The notes below the pieces were generated by a model. It saw only the letters and a program-made list of their open reading frames with translations, had not been told where the DNA came from and searched no databases. The position numbers were made by a program, and so were the translations under genes. From NCBI GenBank assembly GCA_013239625.1, contig MU053934.1, forward strand, positions 5,846,399-5,910,398: DNA of 64,000 bases, in the 5' to 3' direction. Positions 44,479 through 59,000 of this stretch are shown here, one piece after another. This stretch comes from Lama guanicoe (lineage: Eukaryota). Numbering within the stretch: position 1 is the first letter of the stretch; every line of letters starts with the position of its first letter.

Positions 44479-47400
44479 GTGAGTACAGTTTTGGTGTGTG
44501 TCAGTATGTTTTGGAGTGTTGCAATGATGGAGGGGGAGGGCTTGAGGTCAGTTATCCATTTATTCTTTATATGTTTAATCTTGTTACATTATATAGCATT
44601 TCCCACATATATGCCAAGGGTTGTCACAGATTTTATGAAGCTCTTATATTAAATGTAATGTAAGTGATACATTTATTTTGCACCTGACTAGTACTGTATA
44701 CCTTCACAGTTTGTTCCAAATAATTGCCAGTTAATTCCTGGGCCCTGTGGCACAAGTATTAGAATATTTTCATCTCATTTTTAATTCATCTTATTTTAGC
44801 CTTCACAGCCTTCCTTAAAAAAAAAAAACCCACAGTTTTGTGATAGCTAGCATTATACTGTCTTCAGATGGACTTCACTTGTTCCCAGTTTTTAAGAGAT
44901 GTGTTATTTTTTTCCTTTAATTAATGAAATTGAGGTGCATTAGTTTACTATGAAACTTTAACCAACATTCCAGGTTTTCCAGTTAGCCTGATTTTGGCTG
45001 CTTTTGTTTTTTTAAAAAGCTTACTTTCTTTGTCGTATTAGGTAGAGAATGCTAAATACATTTTTTAAAACCCTTTAAATGTGTACTTTGTATAATTAAG
45101 ATATTATAAGCATATATTTGATGCTTATTCCTCCATATTTTCCCTACACATTTTAGTCTCCTTTTCTTAAAATGACATCACATTATAGTTGACACTGCCT
45201 GGCAGGTACTTGGTAAATACATGTTGAGTGAAAGAGAAGGCTTCATTTGGAAGGTGATGTTAGAGATGGATAAGATTTTCAGAAGGAGTTGGGAGCAAGC
45301 TTGTTCTGTAAGAGGAATAATTTGAGCAGGCATTAGGCTTCTGTGTTCCTGAGAATAGTGATGGTGAGAGTTTAAGTATGAAATTAAGACATATGGATGA
45401 ATTGGGAGGTGGGGGGTGCTGAGGTCACGTATAGATACATGAAAGCCCCCAAATATTTTTTTTGCTACACAGTAAAGAATATTGACATCTTAGGAAGGGA
45501 TTCTTTTGGCATCCCTGTCTACTCTATAGATTATCCTTTTCTGGCACTTTTATGTTGCTGTGTGGATGTGGTTTACCTAGAATATTTGAAGTGAGAACCA
45601 GAAACAGAAAAGTAGATGATTTAGTCTGTACCTCTTCAAGGAACATACCTATGAAGAGTCCCTGCCCCTCCTGATGTTTACATTTGGGGGTGGAGGTGGA
45701 TGACAGACATTAAACCTTCACTGATTGAGCAAATATTTACTCAGTCTTAGCTTTGATGTTGAAGATAGAGCAGTGAATCAATTCATTTTATGGAACTTAA
45801 ACTTTCTAAGTGTACACATAAGATGTAAATTTATAGTATTCCAGGTAAGTGCTGTAAAGACAAATAGTAAGGAAGGGCTCATTAGGAAAATGTCTAGGTT
45901 GGGAGTGGGGTACCGTTCTGTTTACAATCCAAATCACACATTTCTTGCATCAGCATTGTTTCGGGGGCTAGATGAATAGCAGTAAATTAATCAGACAAAA
46001 TCCCCATCGTTGTGGAGCTTGTATTTTTATGGGAGAGGGGAATTCAAATATAAAAGCTTTATTATTAAAATATTTTCTTGTTTTAAATGAGTCCCACCTA
46101 TATTTTATATTTGTAAGTTGATACTTATAAACCAAGTAACAGCAGTGCCTGACACATAAGAGTTCTAAATGTTTAGTGAATCAGTCTTTTGGAGTTATGG
46201 AGGCTTGGGGATGAAATGAATTGCTATAAAAGTTAGTACTTTTATTAAAGTTTTCTCTTTGAGAGGAAAAAAGCCTTCTCTGTATTTTCCTGTTAAAGAT
46301 TAAAATAAATTCAAATCAGCCTGTTCAAATTGTTGGCTAGCAGTTGCCCTTCCAAAGTACTAGGTCCTAAAATTGTAGAGTTGATTATATTCGTTACCTT
46401 TCTTGTAAAACTAGTAAGAGTTCTGGTGATATTTAAGAATTAGGAATTAAGATGAGAAACTGAGACTTGATGACTTGAACCCTGTTGGCACATGGTAGTG
46501 GCTTTTGTACACAGTTCTTTTTATGAATGAATCTGTGATTCAAAATGTGCAGGTAGGTTGTGACTTTATTACTATGATAGTCTTTCAGAAGTCTTGCTGA
46601 TGGTGGCTTATGGGAAGAAACTTGGATCATACCCCCTTTCACCCTAATCTTTAATTTTAGTCAGCATAAAATAATCAGAGACAAATGTTTTAGGTCTTTA
46701 AGTTATTTCTGACCAGTGAGTTCAGGAGGGTACAGTGAAAGTTAGAATAGTGTGCAGATTCTGATCGATACTGTCTGGGTGAGAATCTGGTCTATACCAC
46801 CAGCCTCTTCCTATTTAGCTGCATATTGCAAAGCTTTTCAGGTAAGATCATTTCAGTCCCCATTAACTTCACAAGACACTATGTCTGCCTCCTCAAAAAT
46901 GCTGGTGACAAAAGAAATTTAAAAATTTTAAAAATCCTTTTTCAATAGCCACCCCTTAAGTATGAAGGAAGAAATGAAATTAAAAAGCATCATAGTTATT
47001 GGTGTGGACTATGAGCTGTACTGCCTGTGTTAAAAATGGACTTGGCCACTTACATAGTAGCTACATTACATTGAATTGTTTACGGTACCTCAGTTTTCCC
47101 AACTGTGGAATGTGAATAGTAAGAGTAAGTGTCACCTACCTCATGGGATTATTGGAGAACTAGATCAGTTAATATAAGTCACCTCTTTGTGAGTGGCATA
47201 TAGTAGTAAGCACCTATTGTTAGAATAGTAGTCTTAGCGAGTGCATGTATTGTAGTTCCCATTTTGTGATGTTCTTTTAACATTTTTATGAGGAGGGGGG
47301 AAATTAAAGCACATCGTGTAGTTAAAGCTGGAGTCTGTAGCAGCATAGCTCTCAGTTGTAATGGGGAGATCAAATCAGTGTACCCCATGGATAGCAGTTG

Positions 47401-50400
47401 GCTGGAGGATGTACCAGAGACTTCAGTGGATTAATACTATATAAATTTGATGGAAGGTTTACTTTCTTTGAAACTAAGGACTTTTTATTCAATAAGTGTT
47501 TATTAATATTCTGGAGGGGTTTTGGGGGGGTTCCCTTAGAAAATAAAAACAAACCTATTCTATGAAAGATCTTGTTATATATGATTAAGGAGACTAGTTT
47601 CAGTGTCAGACAGTATACTTGTACGTATATCAGTGTTTAGCTCCAAATTCTAAGGAACTCCTGATTATTAAAGATACTTAATATGTGTTGGGGCCATTAA
47701 TTCTAACATCGGCCCTATGAAATGATAGTTTTATTCATATTATACAGGTAAGGAAACAAAGTGAGGGAGGTTACTACAGAGAACTCTTGTCTTTCTGAAT
47801 TAAAAATGTTCGTTCATTACTATAATATAATGTCATTCTGTTATTGTGATTCTTAATATTCATAAGACCTACACAGCTAAAAACAAATACTGGGGTACTT
47901 TGTTTGCTGTCTCAGCATTTCACCTCTTGGCTTACTTATAACTTACATACACATGATCATTGCTAGACTGAGACCTGTAAGAGCAGGAGCCATGCCTGTT
48001 TTTTGTAATCCACCTTAGTGACCCCTGAACCTTTCACAGATAGAACTTTGGAGCCTCTTTATGTGTTACTTTTCAGTTTTTACTCTGCAGCCCTAGATCA
48101 AGGGGAAAAGAATATACAAATCCCAACCCTCTTTTCTGTGTCTCTGGTTACCTCACCTGCTATAAAGTTTTACCTGGCATCCAGATAGATACATATCCAA
48201 GGTTTTACATGCTTTGTGACTGATGAAACTAGTACCAAAGACAACAACAACAAAAAACAGCCAACTGCGAACTTTATCCAAAGGAGTACTGGCATTAGGA
48301 ATAATTCTTTTTTCCTTTTCTCTTAAAAATTTTTTAAGGAGGTAAGAGTGCTAATGTCCGTTTTGGAGCTCTTCTCTTAAAATTAACATCAGTTTGTGAT
48401 GGTATTTGGCATGTGATGTTAAAGAGTATTTAACCTGTAAAATTTTAAAGTAAGAGTAATGATTTATCTCTTGCATCTTTTAGAACTTGGGTGTCCTTTG
48501 ATAGGCAAGGAATGAAGCAGGAAGGACCAGTTAGGAAGGTATTAAGTATAAGGCAGGGAGGAAGAATCCATGTTGAGAGAGAAAAAGATGGGCCTTAAAG
48601 GTCATATTCTGATGGGTTTTAAATAGGAGAATCTTATGCTCAGATTTACAATATGGATAGATGTGGTTTTAGGTGTGCAGTATCAACTTAAAATAGTTCC
48701 TGTGCGGTGATGAGGCCCCCTAACTAAGGCAGTGGTATAAAAGTAATGGGAATGAGTCTGAAAAATATTTAGGATTGGATGTAGGTTCTGAGAGATCCCT
48801 AGTCTTCCTTGTTTATCAGCATATCTCCTCCTCTACCCCAGTGCTTAACATAATGCCTGGCATATGACTTGGATATAGAAATATTACCAAATCCAGTAGG
48901 TATGAGGAAATGTCAGAATGTAGTTTAATTTTGTTTTTATTATTTGGTGAATCTTGGAGTCACAGTTAGTGTTGTTGCGTGTTACTGTTGATGCTTGCAA
49001 GTCTTAAGAGATTTTTGTCGCTGTGTTAAATGTTTCTAAACTGTTATATTTGTTGTATTTTGGGCACTAGTTTTTATTTTTCCTATTTATATGTCAATAT
49101 TTATTCACCATCATGTGTTATATGTGTTCCTGTGTTCCGTAAAGTTTCTTTTTAATATATTGAACGCTTAGACACAACCTGTGTAGTTAGATTTCTTTTT
49201 AAAGAAAGATAAAATAGTGCCCTGCAGGTCTTTGGTTTTAGCTGCCTTAGAACTGTTTGTGGCTTCCTGGTCCTCTGCCTTTTCAGTTTAGGTAGAGATC
49301 TGTATCTTTGTGGTCCAGGTAGGTGGTGGGTAGTTGGACATCTGGATCACATTATCTGTAGGGAAGGGAACGAGCTCTAATAACTAACTACAGTATAGCA
49401 GAAATTAGGTATAGTATATTCCCTTCTTGTTATATTTGATGGGGGAGCTGTAAGGGTTGGGGGGATAGGGTAGGGATATGAGGGGCATTGGTTTTATTTT
49501 ATTTTCTAATGCTGGTGGCACAACTCTGAAGGAGATGGGAAAACAAGCCTGAGAGTCTTTTGCTGGTCAGAGTGACCAGAAGTATCAGGAATGAATTACT
49601 GCCAGCTGACCAGCAGTTAGTGCAGTCTGTATATTTGAGACCGTACTCTGTCAAAGAGTGAACTTGGAGTTTCTAGGTAATACGTGGTGATTGAGGGAAC
49701 AAGCACTATCAGGAATTGGTTGAAACTCAATTGGTGTAGTTATTTGCACAAGGCAGTGTCTGTGTGAACAAATGTGTGAATGACCAGATTCTGCTAGGAT
49801 GTTTGATAAAGACATTATGCTTATTAACGAGATACCAAGGCATCTTACAAAGCCCAGCATTTTAATTTATGTAAATTATGGACTCTTTACAGGCGTAATC
49901 TATTGTCTTTTGGTCTTTTATGGTCTGTCATGCAAGTTCTATGATAGAATGGCTTTCATTTTATGTCTGTCATGAATTTGCATGGTAATAAGAAACACAA
50001 GTGAAATATAACTCCTCCAGGTGGAGATGTGCATATCATTGGAACTGTATTAATATAAATATTAGTAGTTTAAAAGCATATGTAGTAACAGCACGCCTAG
50101 CCATGTTTGAAACCTGAACTTTGAATTTAAGCCTGTTTCTGTATTCATTTGATTGTCCCTACAATCTTACTGTCCAGATTCACATAGGAAATTCCAGTTA
50201 TTGGAGACAATACACTTTTTACTCTGGATGCTTACCATTTAGGCCACCCCCATTTTTTTATGATATGCCCAAACTGTGCCAATTTACACAGTCTCGTTCC
50301 CTATCATTATTAGAGTACTAGGCAGGTTACTTAACTCCTAGTCTCTAACCTTTCTGGGAAATGTTCTTTAATTTTTTCTTTAATATTTTGCCTTCCCACT

Positions 50401-51697
50401 ACAGGCGAACCTTTGAACTGATGAAGATGTTATATTCATATAAATTTGCAGAGTTGACTGCATATGATACAAAGAACTGAATTTTATTTACAGAGTTCAT
50501 ACAATTTACTTTGTGTTTCTATTTTCCTGAGTCAGCGAGTTCTTTTGTCAGGTTTGGGATGACAGGGCTACAAAGAAAAATGAACTAAGGTTCTTTATCT
50601 TTTGGTCTGTGGATAGAAGACATTTTTCACAGATACTTTTATCACCTATGTTATATTATTAATAAAGGCATGAACATTTCTGTTGGGGTTGAAAAAGAAC
50701 TGTCTAGAATAATAGATACTTCACAGAGGTGGTAACTTTTGAAATGTATCTTAAAGGATGGATAGAATCTGCAGCTACTTATTATTTACCTTTGTACCAG
50801 CCAAGTAAGCAAGAAAAAATGAAAATTGGACTGCCTGTTCACAAACTTAGTATTTTATTTCCTTTACAGGTTAGCAATCAGAAGTCAAATAGGAAAGGAG
50901 GGTGTACCATTGCCTAGTTATAGGGAAAAGGGAAAGCCTAAACAAATGTTGGAGATTCAAGAAGCGTGATACTCTCAGGTTTGCAAGTTAATGGGTACAG
51001 GAGATAGGATGCCATGGAGAGTAGTCAGTACTTATGAAGATCATGAAGGGTCTGGTATACTATGGTTTTTCCCCTTTATGAGTAGAAAAAAGTTAGAACA
51101 GAAGGCAGGAAAACCTGTTAGACAGTCTATAAAAGCTGTGATAAGGGGCTTGAATTAAGACAGTGATAGTGGGCAGAGATACATGGAAACGATGGAGGGT
51201 GGGTGATTAGATGTAGAATTCGAAGGACCCTCTGATAGAGCGTTTGGGAAGAATATAGAAATCCCTTATGACTCCTTGTAATTGGTCAGCAGTGGTAGCA
51301 TTCTTAGTTTCTGTTCTGAGTTCTTGCTGTATGTTTCTAGTGGGTGCTGATTGACTTATAGTGGGACCTTATATGGAAGAATAGAACTGTAAGTTGCATC
51401 ATTACCAGTAAAATATTTGGCTTCTGAATAATTAATACTCTGTTCTTTTAAGTTAATCATTATCCAGTATGATGATTCCAGATGGACTTGCATAAACACA
51501 GGGAAAAAACTTACTTTTTGAAGTACATAAGGTTTGCAGACACACACAAATTACTTTAAGAACAAAGGAGGTAATTTAATAAAAACAGCGAGGTGTAAGA
51601 CAGCAAGAAATGGTGCAGACTCTGAAGTTTGGATGATCTTTCTAAAGGTTTCAGATTGAAAACGTCTACTGTGTTCCTAAATAAAAAAGGACATATC

Positions 51698-51817
51698 AGG
51701 GGGAGGGTGTAGCTCAATGGTAGAGCACATGCCTAGCCTGCACAAGGTCCTGGGTTCAATCCCCAGTGCCTCCATTAAATAAATAAACCTAGTTACCTTC
51801 CCCTCCAAAAATTAAAA
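51698..51817 (+). mobile_element. tRNA-derived SINE (Vic-1-like)
   Basis: Perfect 15-bp TSD aaaaaaggacatatc 51683-51697/51818-51832. Confidence 0.92.
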
Positions 51818-52271
51818 AAAAAAGGACATATCCCCCAAACTAAGAGTTTTCTACCTTTTTTATAAACAAAATGCTGGGATAAGCATTCAAATGCTCTGAC
51901 ATATCAAACTCTAATTTAATTTTTAAGGATTAGATGATTAATTGAGTTGAATTGAATTTATTATGTTTGCATATTAAATGAAAGTCATTTAGTACATTTA
52001 AAGTGGAGAAAAATGGCAAACCCTGCTTAGCAGATATATATAGCTAAATGAACACACTTACAAATTTTTCTAAAACATTTATCTCATTAATAGAAGACAG
52101 CTCTAAATTTACTGTACCTGGGACCCTCAGATTACGATATGTTTATATATACAGAGACTTTCTTTTAAAACTGTCTTTGTTAATTAGAAAGTGGGAAAAG
52201 AAAGGAAATGGTAATTTTCTATTAGTATGGAGAATAAGAATCTTAATTTCTCTTCTGTTTCTTGTTCTTAG

Positions 52272-52448
52272 ATGGGAATGATGAACAACCCAAATCCTTA
52301 CAGTTCACCATATACTCAGAATTCTGGACAGCAGATTGGAACCAGTGGCCTTGGTCTCCAGATTCCAACAAAGTCTGTGCTACCAAATAGCTTACCTCCG
52401 TTTGCAATGGACAAAAAGGCAGTTCCTGGTGGAGGAATGCCCAACATG
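52272..52448 (+). CDS. EP300: p300 exon 3 (MGMMNNPNPY...GGGMPNM)
   Basis: ttcttag|ATG, ATG|gtgagt; 177 nt. Confidence 0.96.
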
Positions 52449-53556
52449 GTGAGTAGTAATCTATCTACAAATTTGTCTTCCACCTGACACTTTAGAAAAG
52501 AATTATGTTAAATTTTGATATCATCTGCTATACACAGTAGGATGTAATGGATGGCCCCTGTGATCAAGGAAGCTTTTGCCTTCTATTTCACATAGTGTTT
52601 TGTTACTTGTATTGATCAGTAAGGGTGCTGGTCCAAATAGGAGCAAGTGGGGCTGCTACAGTGAAAGTTTTGATGTCCTGCCATATCCTTCTTGTGAGCA
52701 TTTCTTTCTGTAGGATATGAAAACGGAACCTTTCTCCTCTTGGGAAGGACTCTCTGGCAGAGGATTCCAGCTCTCAGTGACCACACCAACTAATATGTAT
52801 CTGATACTCCTACATAGAAGTAACTTCCCTCTCAAAGTTACACACTAATTTTAAATGTGATTTTTGTTATGGAAAAATTTCCGAAGCCTCTAACATTGCT
52901 ATTTTTCTAAAGTAGAACTATTTCTAGTTGTAAATATAGCAAGTAGTCCATGGAAGAAATTGTCTTTGGGAAAAAAATTGTAGTATAGGAATTTTATTTC
53001 TCTTTCAGATATTTTAGGGTTTTTTTTGCATTGAGTCATATTCATTGAATGCTTATATTTCAGGACTCAGCGAAGTACTGGAGATATAAAGATGAATAAT
53101 ACATGACATTTCTGTCCCCAGAAATGTTTACTTTTTTACTGGAAAAACCAGATTTCCTCCAGAGTTTACAAAAATTAATTTTCTACAGACCTGAAAGGCC
53201 GAGAAGGCCAAGATCTTCATTATTCTTCAAAACCTAACTTGGACCTGCTGTTCACTACAGATTCCTTCCTTCTACACCTCACAGTGGAGCTTACCGTGTT
53301 CTCCTCTTTCTTTTGCTCTCTTTATGTTATATGTACTTTGCTTTTATTGCTTGGTTTATGTAGTACTTTGTTTTCTTATTAAATTGAGCTTCTTGATTGT
53401 AGAAAGCATCATTTATTTATGTTAGAATCCCCTGTGTCAAAAAAATGGAGTCTGTCCTTAAAGATTTTCATTGACAATCTCCAGGTGCATATTTAATAGG
53501 GAGGTAGCACACCATGACACCTACATTAAATGTATCTTTATTGTTTTATCCCTTAG

Positions 53557-53818
53557 GGCCAGCAGCAGGCCCCGCAGGTCCAGCAGCCAGGCCTGGTGAC
53601 TCCGGTAGCCCAAGGGATGGGTTCTGGAGCACACACGGCTGATCCAGAGAAGCGCAAGCTCATCCAGCAGCAGCTTGTTCTCCTTTTGCACGCTCACAAG
53701 TGCCAGCGCCGGGAGCAGGCTAATGGGGAAGTGCGGCAGTGCAACCTTCCCCACTGTCGGACAATGAAGAATGTCCTTAACCACATGACACACTGCCAGT
53801 CAGGCAAGTCCTGCCAAG
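53557..53818 (+). CDS. EP300: p300 exon 4 (TAZ1/CH1 zinc finger N-part: [22 protein letters not shown]...CQ)
   Basis: ccttag|GGC, AAG|gtgagt; 262 nt. Confidence 0.97.
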
Positions 53819-54430
53819 GTGAGTGGGCTCAAGGGGTTTTCATGCTCAGCCGTTAACACTTACAGTTAGTACTCAAAATATCTCTATTTTGAGACTTCTT
53901 ATTGATAATGCCTTACTCTATATTAGGTTATGGTAAAAGTCAGTATCATTTTGTGAATGAGTATCTAGAGATGTGTGGTAGGAGAGGAAGTTCTAGAGAC
54001 TTCCCTGATGTGATGATTCCTACTGACTGATTTGCCCCAGCATAGCATACTGTAAATACAAAAACATTGTTACTCAACCTAATGTAATTTGTGTATTTAT
54101 GGAGTCATTAGGAGTCTATTTTTACAGATTTTTATAGAATAAAATAGACTTCACAACTTTATGATGAAAATAGGGGCTCTGGAAGCCAGACCAGCTTGAG
54201 TTTGAATCCCACTTTGGGTGCTCTGTGACTTTGTGCAGATTACTTAACCAGTTTTTACCTGTTTTCTCAACTATAAAACGTGAGTACTAATAGCTATTCT
54301 GTAGAGGTATTATGAAGATGTAATGGGTTAATAACATTTGTAGCCCTTGTTAAGTGATTGATAAGTTAGTTGATACTAATATAAAAATATAACCTGCATT
54401 TGGAAAAACAGTCATTTTTGTTCTTTTTAG

Positions 54431-54544
54431 TGGCACACTGTGCATCTTCTCGACAAATCATTTCACACTGGAAGAATTGTACAAGGCATGATTGCCCTGT
54501 GTGTCTCCCCCTTAAGAATGCTGGGGATAAGAGAAATCAACAGT
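54431..54544 (+). CDS. EP300: p300 exon 5 (TAZ1 C-part: [29 protein letters not shown])
   Basis: tttttag|TGG, AGT|gtaagt; 114 nt, phase fits exons 4 and 6. Confidence 0.96.
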
Positions 54545-55454
54545 GTAAGTGTTTAAATCTTTTGAAGCTTTTATATCAAAAGTATTCTCAGACTCTCACC
54601 AATGCAGTTTGGTGAGATTTAAAGTATTTCTTGATTATGTGAAGTTCCTCTGACTGCCTAGTGCTAATACTAGATTATTTCCATTTACCACTTAATGTCA
54701 TATTAATAAGGTTAGAATTGAACTACTTTTAACCTAAAATACGATCCAGAAAGATCATTGCTTTGACATTGGGCAAGTTACTCTTTTATATGAGCGATCT
54801 AAATATTTAGATTATCTGAAATTATGTAAAAAAAGAAAAAAGAATAAAGGTTTGAGATTAGTTTTACAAGCCTGGGGTGATGAGGAGCTTCTTTTTATAG
54901 ACAAGACAGGTCAAAAGTAGAAAGTGCAGCTCCCACAACTCCTCTGGAAACAAAACTTAAGAACTGAAAGACAAATTTGGAACTCAATATATAGCATGTT
55001 AGAAAGGAATTAAATTCCATAAAGATAAATTGTAAATAGCCCAGTGAAGAATTGGGACTACGAAATAGTTTGCTAGAGGGAGGGAATACCATAAAGTTCA
55101 CTATTAAATTAAGAAATGAAGAAGTAACATGTCTGTCCTGTCACATTGGCAGAAGTGATACTACCTGGTATTGGCATTTGTGTGGCTTTGAGGCATTTGT
55201 GCACTGTTGGTGGGAACATTGATACAGTCTCTGGGAAGGCTTTGGGTATTTTGGATCAAAAGCCTTACATGCCAGTGATTCCTTTGACCACTCAGTTATG
55301 CATCCAGTAATTTTTTCAGGGAAATAATGGGAAATGAGATGCATGTATTTCATAATCACATAACAATTTTGTGTTTAAAATTCACTCAAACATGGTAGTG
55401 TTTTCTTTTTCACCATCTTTAATGTTGTAATACTGTTTCTTTTGTTTTCTCCAG

Positions 55455-55700
55455 CAATTCTGACTGGAGCACCAGTTGGACTTGGAAATACTAGCTCTCT
55501 AGGGGTGGGTCAACAGTCTACTCCCAGCCTAAGCACTGTTAGTCAGATTGATCCCAGCTCTATAGAAAGAGCATATGCAGCCCTTGGACTACCCTATCAA
55601 GTAAATCAGATGCCGACACAGCCCCAGGTGCAAGCAAAGAACCAGCAGAACCAGCAGTCGGGGCAGTCTCCTCAAGGGATGCGACCCATGAGCAACATGA
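55455..55700 (+). CDS. EP300: p300 exon 6 (ILTGAPVGLG...IDPSSIERAYAALGL...MSNM)
   Basis: ttctccag|CAA, TGA|gtaagt; 246 nt. Confidence 0.96.
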
Positions 55701-55877
55701 GTAAGTCTGTGGCCTCCTAGTGACAGATGTGATTATCAGTTCGTGTAAATGCCAAGTAATATGCAAGGTTAACTCCTTGGTTTATTGTGGTCTCTCTGTT
55801 ATTGTTTCTGTCTCTCTCCCTCTCTTACTTGTTTTGTAATATGACTCATTTTAAAGTAATTTTTAGAAGATTGCAGT

Positions 55878-56062
55878 GTGTACTATACGTAAAATACACA
55901 ACAAATTTATACTATATAGCACAGGCAGCTATATTCAGTACCTTGCAACAAATAATGAAAAGGAATATATGTATATATGTATATGTATATGTATGGCTGT
56001 AACTTGCTGTACACCAGAAACTGACACATCGTAAACTGACTGTCCTTCAATTTAAAAAAAAG
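55878..56062 (+). mobile_element. L1 3'-terminal fragment
   Basis: tatagcacagg...tatattcagtaccttg...gctgtacaccagaaactgacaca...polyA. Confidence 0.8.
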
Positions 56063-59000
56063 AAGAAAATTTGAAAACATAAAAACGTAGTATAAAAATT
56101 CTCTTGTAATCCATGTATCAGAGGCAACTTTTACTTTGTTTATGTCCTTCCTAATCCCAATGACTTTATATTTCTAGAAATGGGATCCCATGTGTTATAA
56201 CAGGCTATTTCTTTACAAAATGTGAAGGTCTTTTCAGTTTCCATACTTAATGTATCATTTTTAATGCTTGTGTAGTATTTCTTTGTGTAGAACCGTCTGT
56301 TACCGTTGGACATTTAAGGCCCCCCCTTTTATTTATTCATTTTTGCTTTTTTAAATGGCACAAAGAAACAGTTGTGTTTTAGCTTGAAATATTCTTTTGG
56401 TTTGAAATGTTTAGTTATTGTTAATGTAGATTTCCAGATATATCTAGCAACAGAAGTAGTTTGCTTGCCTTTGAAATAGTTAATCAAATATACTTGTTTG
56501 CTTAACCTCTTCCTATGATACAACTGAGAGGGAAGGGGAAGTGAGCAGTGTTCTAATATCCTAACTCACAGTGGTTTTTATTCTCTTAATTATATGGTAA
56601 GATAAAGGAGAATTGCCCTGTAATTATCCCTTTGCTGTCAGGCAGTCAAACATATAAGCCATTTTGTATAAATAGTTAAATATCCAGCTCTGGTAAGCCT
56701 GTGCTTTTTAATACTTCGCCTATTATTCTAAAATTGTTCTTGGTGATGATGTTTTTCTGTAACTAGAAAAGCCTGATTCAGAATAATCCATCATGGTTTT
56801 GCCTATGAAACCCACTCTTAGCCTTCCATTCATAAGTGCAGTAGGCTTAGTTTCTGCCCATTATTGTTTGATTCTAAATGAGAAAACAATTGGGCACAAC
56901 ACTCTTGTAAAAATGTAATCTTGTTGATTTTTGTTATTTTTATCTTAAGGAAATGTGCATTATTTCATGAAAAGCAGTGCTAACTTGTTAAACAGTTAGT
57001 GAAGAGTTTTAAAAACTGGACTAGAAACTGGGATGGAGAGCATTCCTGCCTTTTCAGGCTTATTTTCAAGCTCTTATGTATGTATTAAAAGAGAGATCTG
57101 AGGACTTCATTTCCCCTCTACTCTCTCTCTTTTTAACTTATGATTGCTTTTTGGTCTCCCTTTCCAAGTGATACAGAGTACATCTTCTTTGAGTTTTAGA
57201 ATCTTGACCCAGTGAAGTTATCTACCTCTGGCCTGGGTTTTCATTTTTGTAATTAATTATTTTCCATTAATTTTTCAAATTTCTGTGTATAGTTCCTAGT
57301 TTAATTCTTTTCATCTTTTCTTGTATCATCTGTGTACTTGTATATACATTTGTATATACCCACAGAATTACTTGAAAATTTGCTCCGTGAATTTCTTTTT
57401 TTCCCTTTTTTCAGTGTCTTTAAAATTATTATTTTAGGAGTAAAATTAATCAAGTTTCAAGATGCTTCAGGTTTGGACTTGATCTAGTAGGCTAAATCCA
57501 CAAACAGGATTAAATTGTGTTCCCTAACAGTGTGAGATTTTTATCCTGTTTGTAAACAAAAGCAGTTTACTTGAGTATTGTTTTACTTACTCAGTAACCT
57601 AAAATGTTTATCTTTCATGTTTTTCCAAGATTGAGCTCCAAGTGGCTAGTTCTGTCAATTCTCACCCATATTATTTTAACCCTAATGTATCCTTGGGGGC
57701 CCTGCCAAAGTGATAGATAGGAAAGCTTTGTCAGAAAATTTGGGCCATAGAAGCACATCTATGTAATCTCCCCAGTAGTGATTTAAAATATTTTAGATTC
57801 TTCCTTCATAATCATTGCAGATTTAAAGTAAAGGCAGTGTTTTAGTGACTTCTTTTCCTCTGTACATTTTTTCTCCTGAATTTTAATTTGGTTTTTCAAA
57901 CCTGCTAAAAATTGTCATAGTCCAATAGAGACTATGTGATACCCTTTATCTAGATATACTAATTTTCAACATTTTTGCCACATTTGCTTTGAGTCTGTGT
58001 GGACTTCAGAGATCTTCACAGTTGACTGCTAACTATTTCGGCATGTATTTCCTAGTAATAAAGAATACTCAACTCCATAACCACAGTATTGTTACCACAC
58101 CTGCAAAATTGAACATTTGATAATATCCTGTAGTTAGTACAGTCTGTATTTTAATTTATCCAGTTGTCCCCAAAAGTCAAGTGTTTTACATTTATTTAGT
58201 TAAGTGTCTTTTGTCTCTTTTCATCTAGAAGTCATCCCACCTTTTCTTTGTTCATCACACAGTGACTTCATGAGCCTCATAGATTGTCCCATAATTTGGA
58301 TTTGTCTGACTGTTTCCTTAAAATTAGATCCTGATTAAACATTTTGGGGATGAATATGTCATGGGTTGTGGTGTGGTATGCCATCAAGTTTTAATAATTT
58401 ATTGGGATTCTTTGCTTTTAGCTAGCCCTTATAGTATCCCTATTCTCTTGTTTTATTGTTGACCTTCAGATTATTGATTACCCATTTTTCAGCTATTTCA
58501 TGGAAGTTCTGGAACTGTTACTATCAAGAACTTGAGTTTTGTTTTGTATTCTGTTCTAAAGTTTTTATATCTCACTTATTTGGTAGACATCATCTCTAGT
58601 TTATGTTCCAGCGGACTGTCAGATATTAAGAAGTACTACTTACGAGTAAGGGTCTCTGTCATACGACCTTTACCTGAAGTATATAGTACTAGGTAGGATG
58701 AAGTGCCTGAGCAGACGTTTATACTAATGCTTCCATGGGGAAAATATTCACAGTGACAGATGTGTCTCCCTCTGTGACAGAACCGCTGTAATGCTGGGAC
58801 ATTCTCAGTTACAAAATTTAGGTCCTTTGATTGACAAGGGTGTTTGAATAAATGATTAACAGCATTCACTCAGTTGTGCTGTGTGCTGGAAAAAACTAGT
58901 AAAGGGGGTAACATGGTCCCTACTTTAAGACATCTCTAGTCTGGTTGGGCAGGTAAATGACTAAGTAGACAAAACAAAAGTAGCTACTACGTATATCAGG

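Noticed and set aside
43738..44652. 304-aa ORF as a standalone gene
   Set aside because: It is EP300 exon 2 plus intronic read-through on both sides
45842..45850. Perfect donor CAG|GTAAGT in intron 2
   Set aside because: Within an L2-like remnant, no good upstream acceptor
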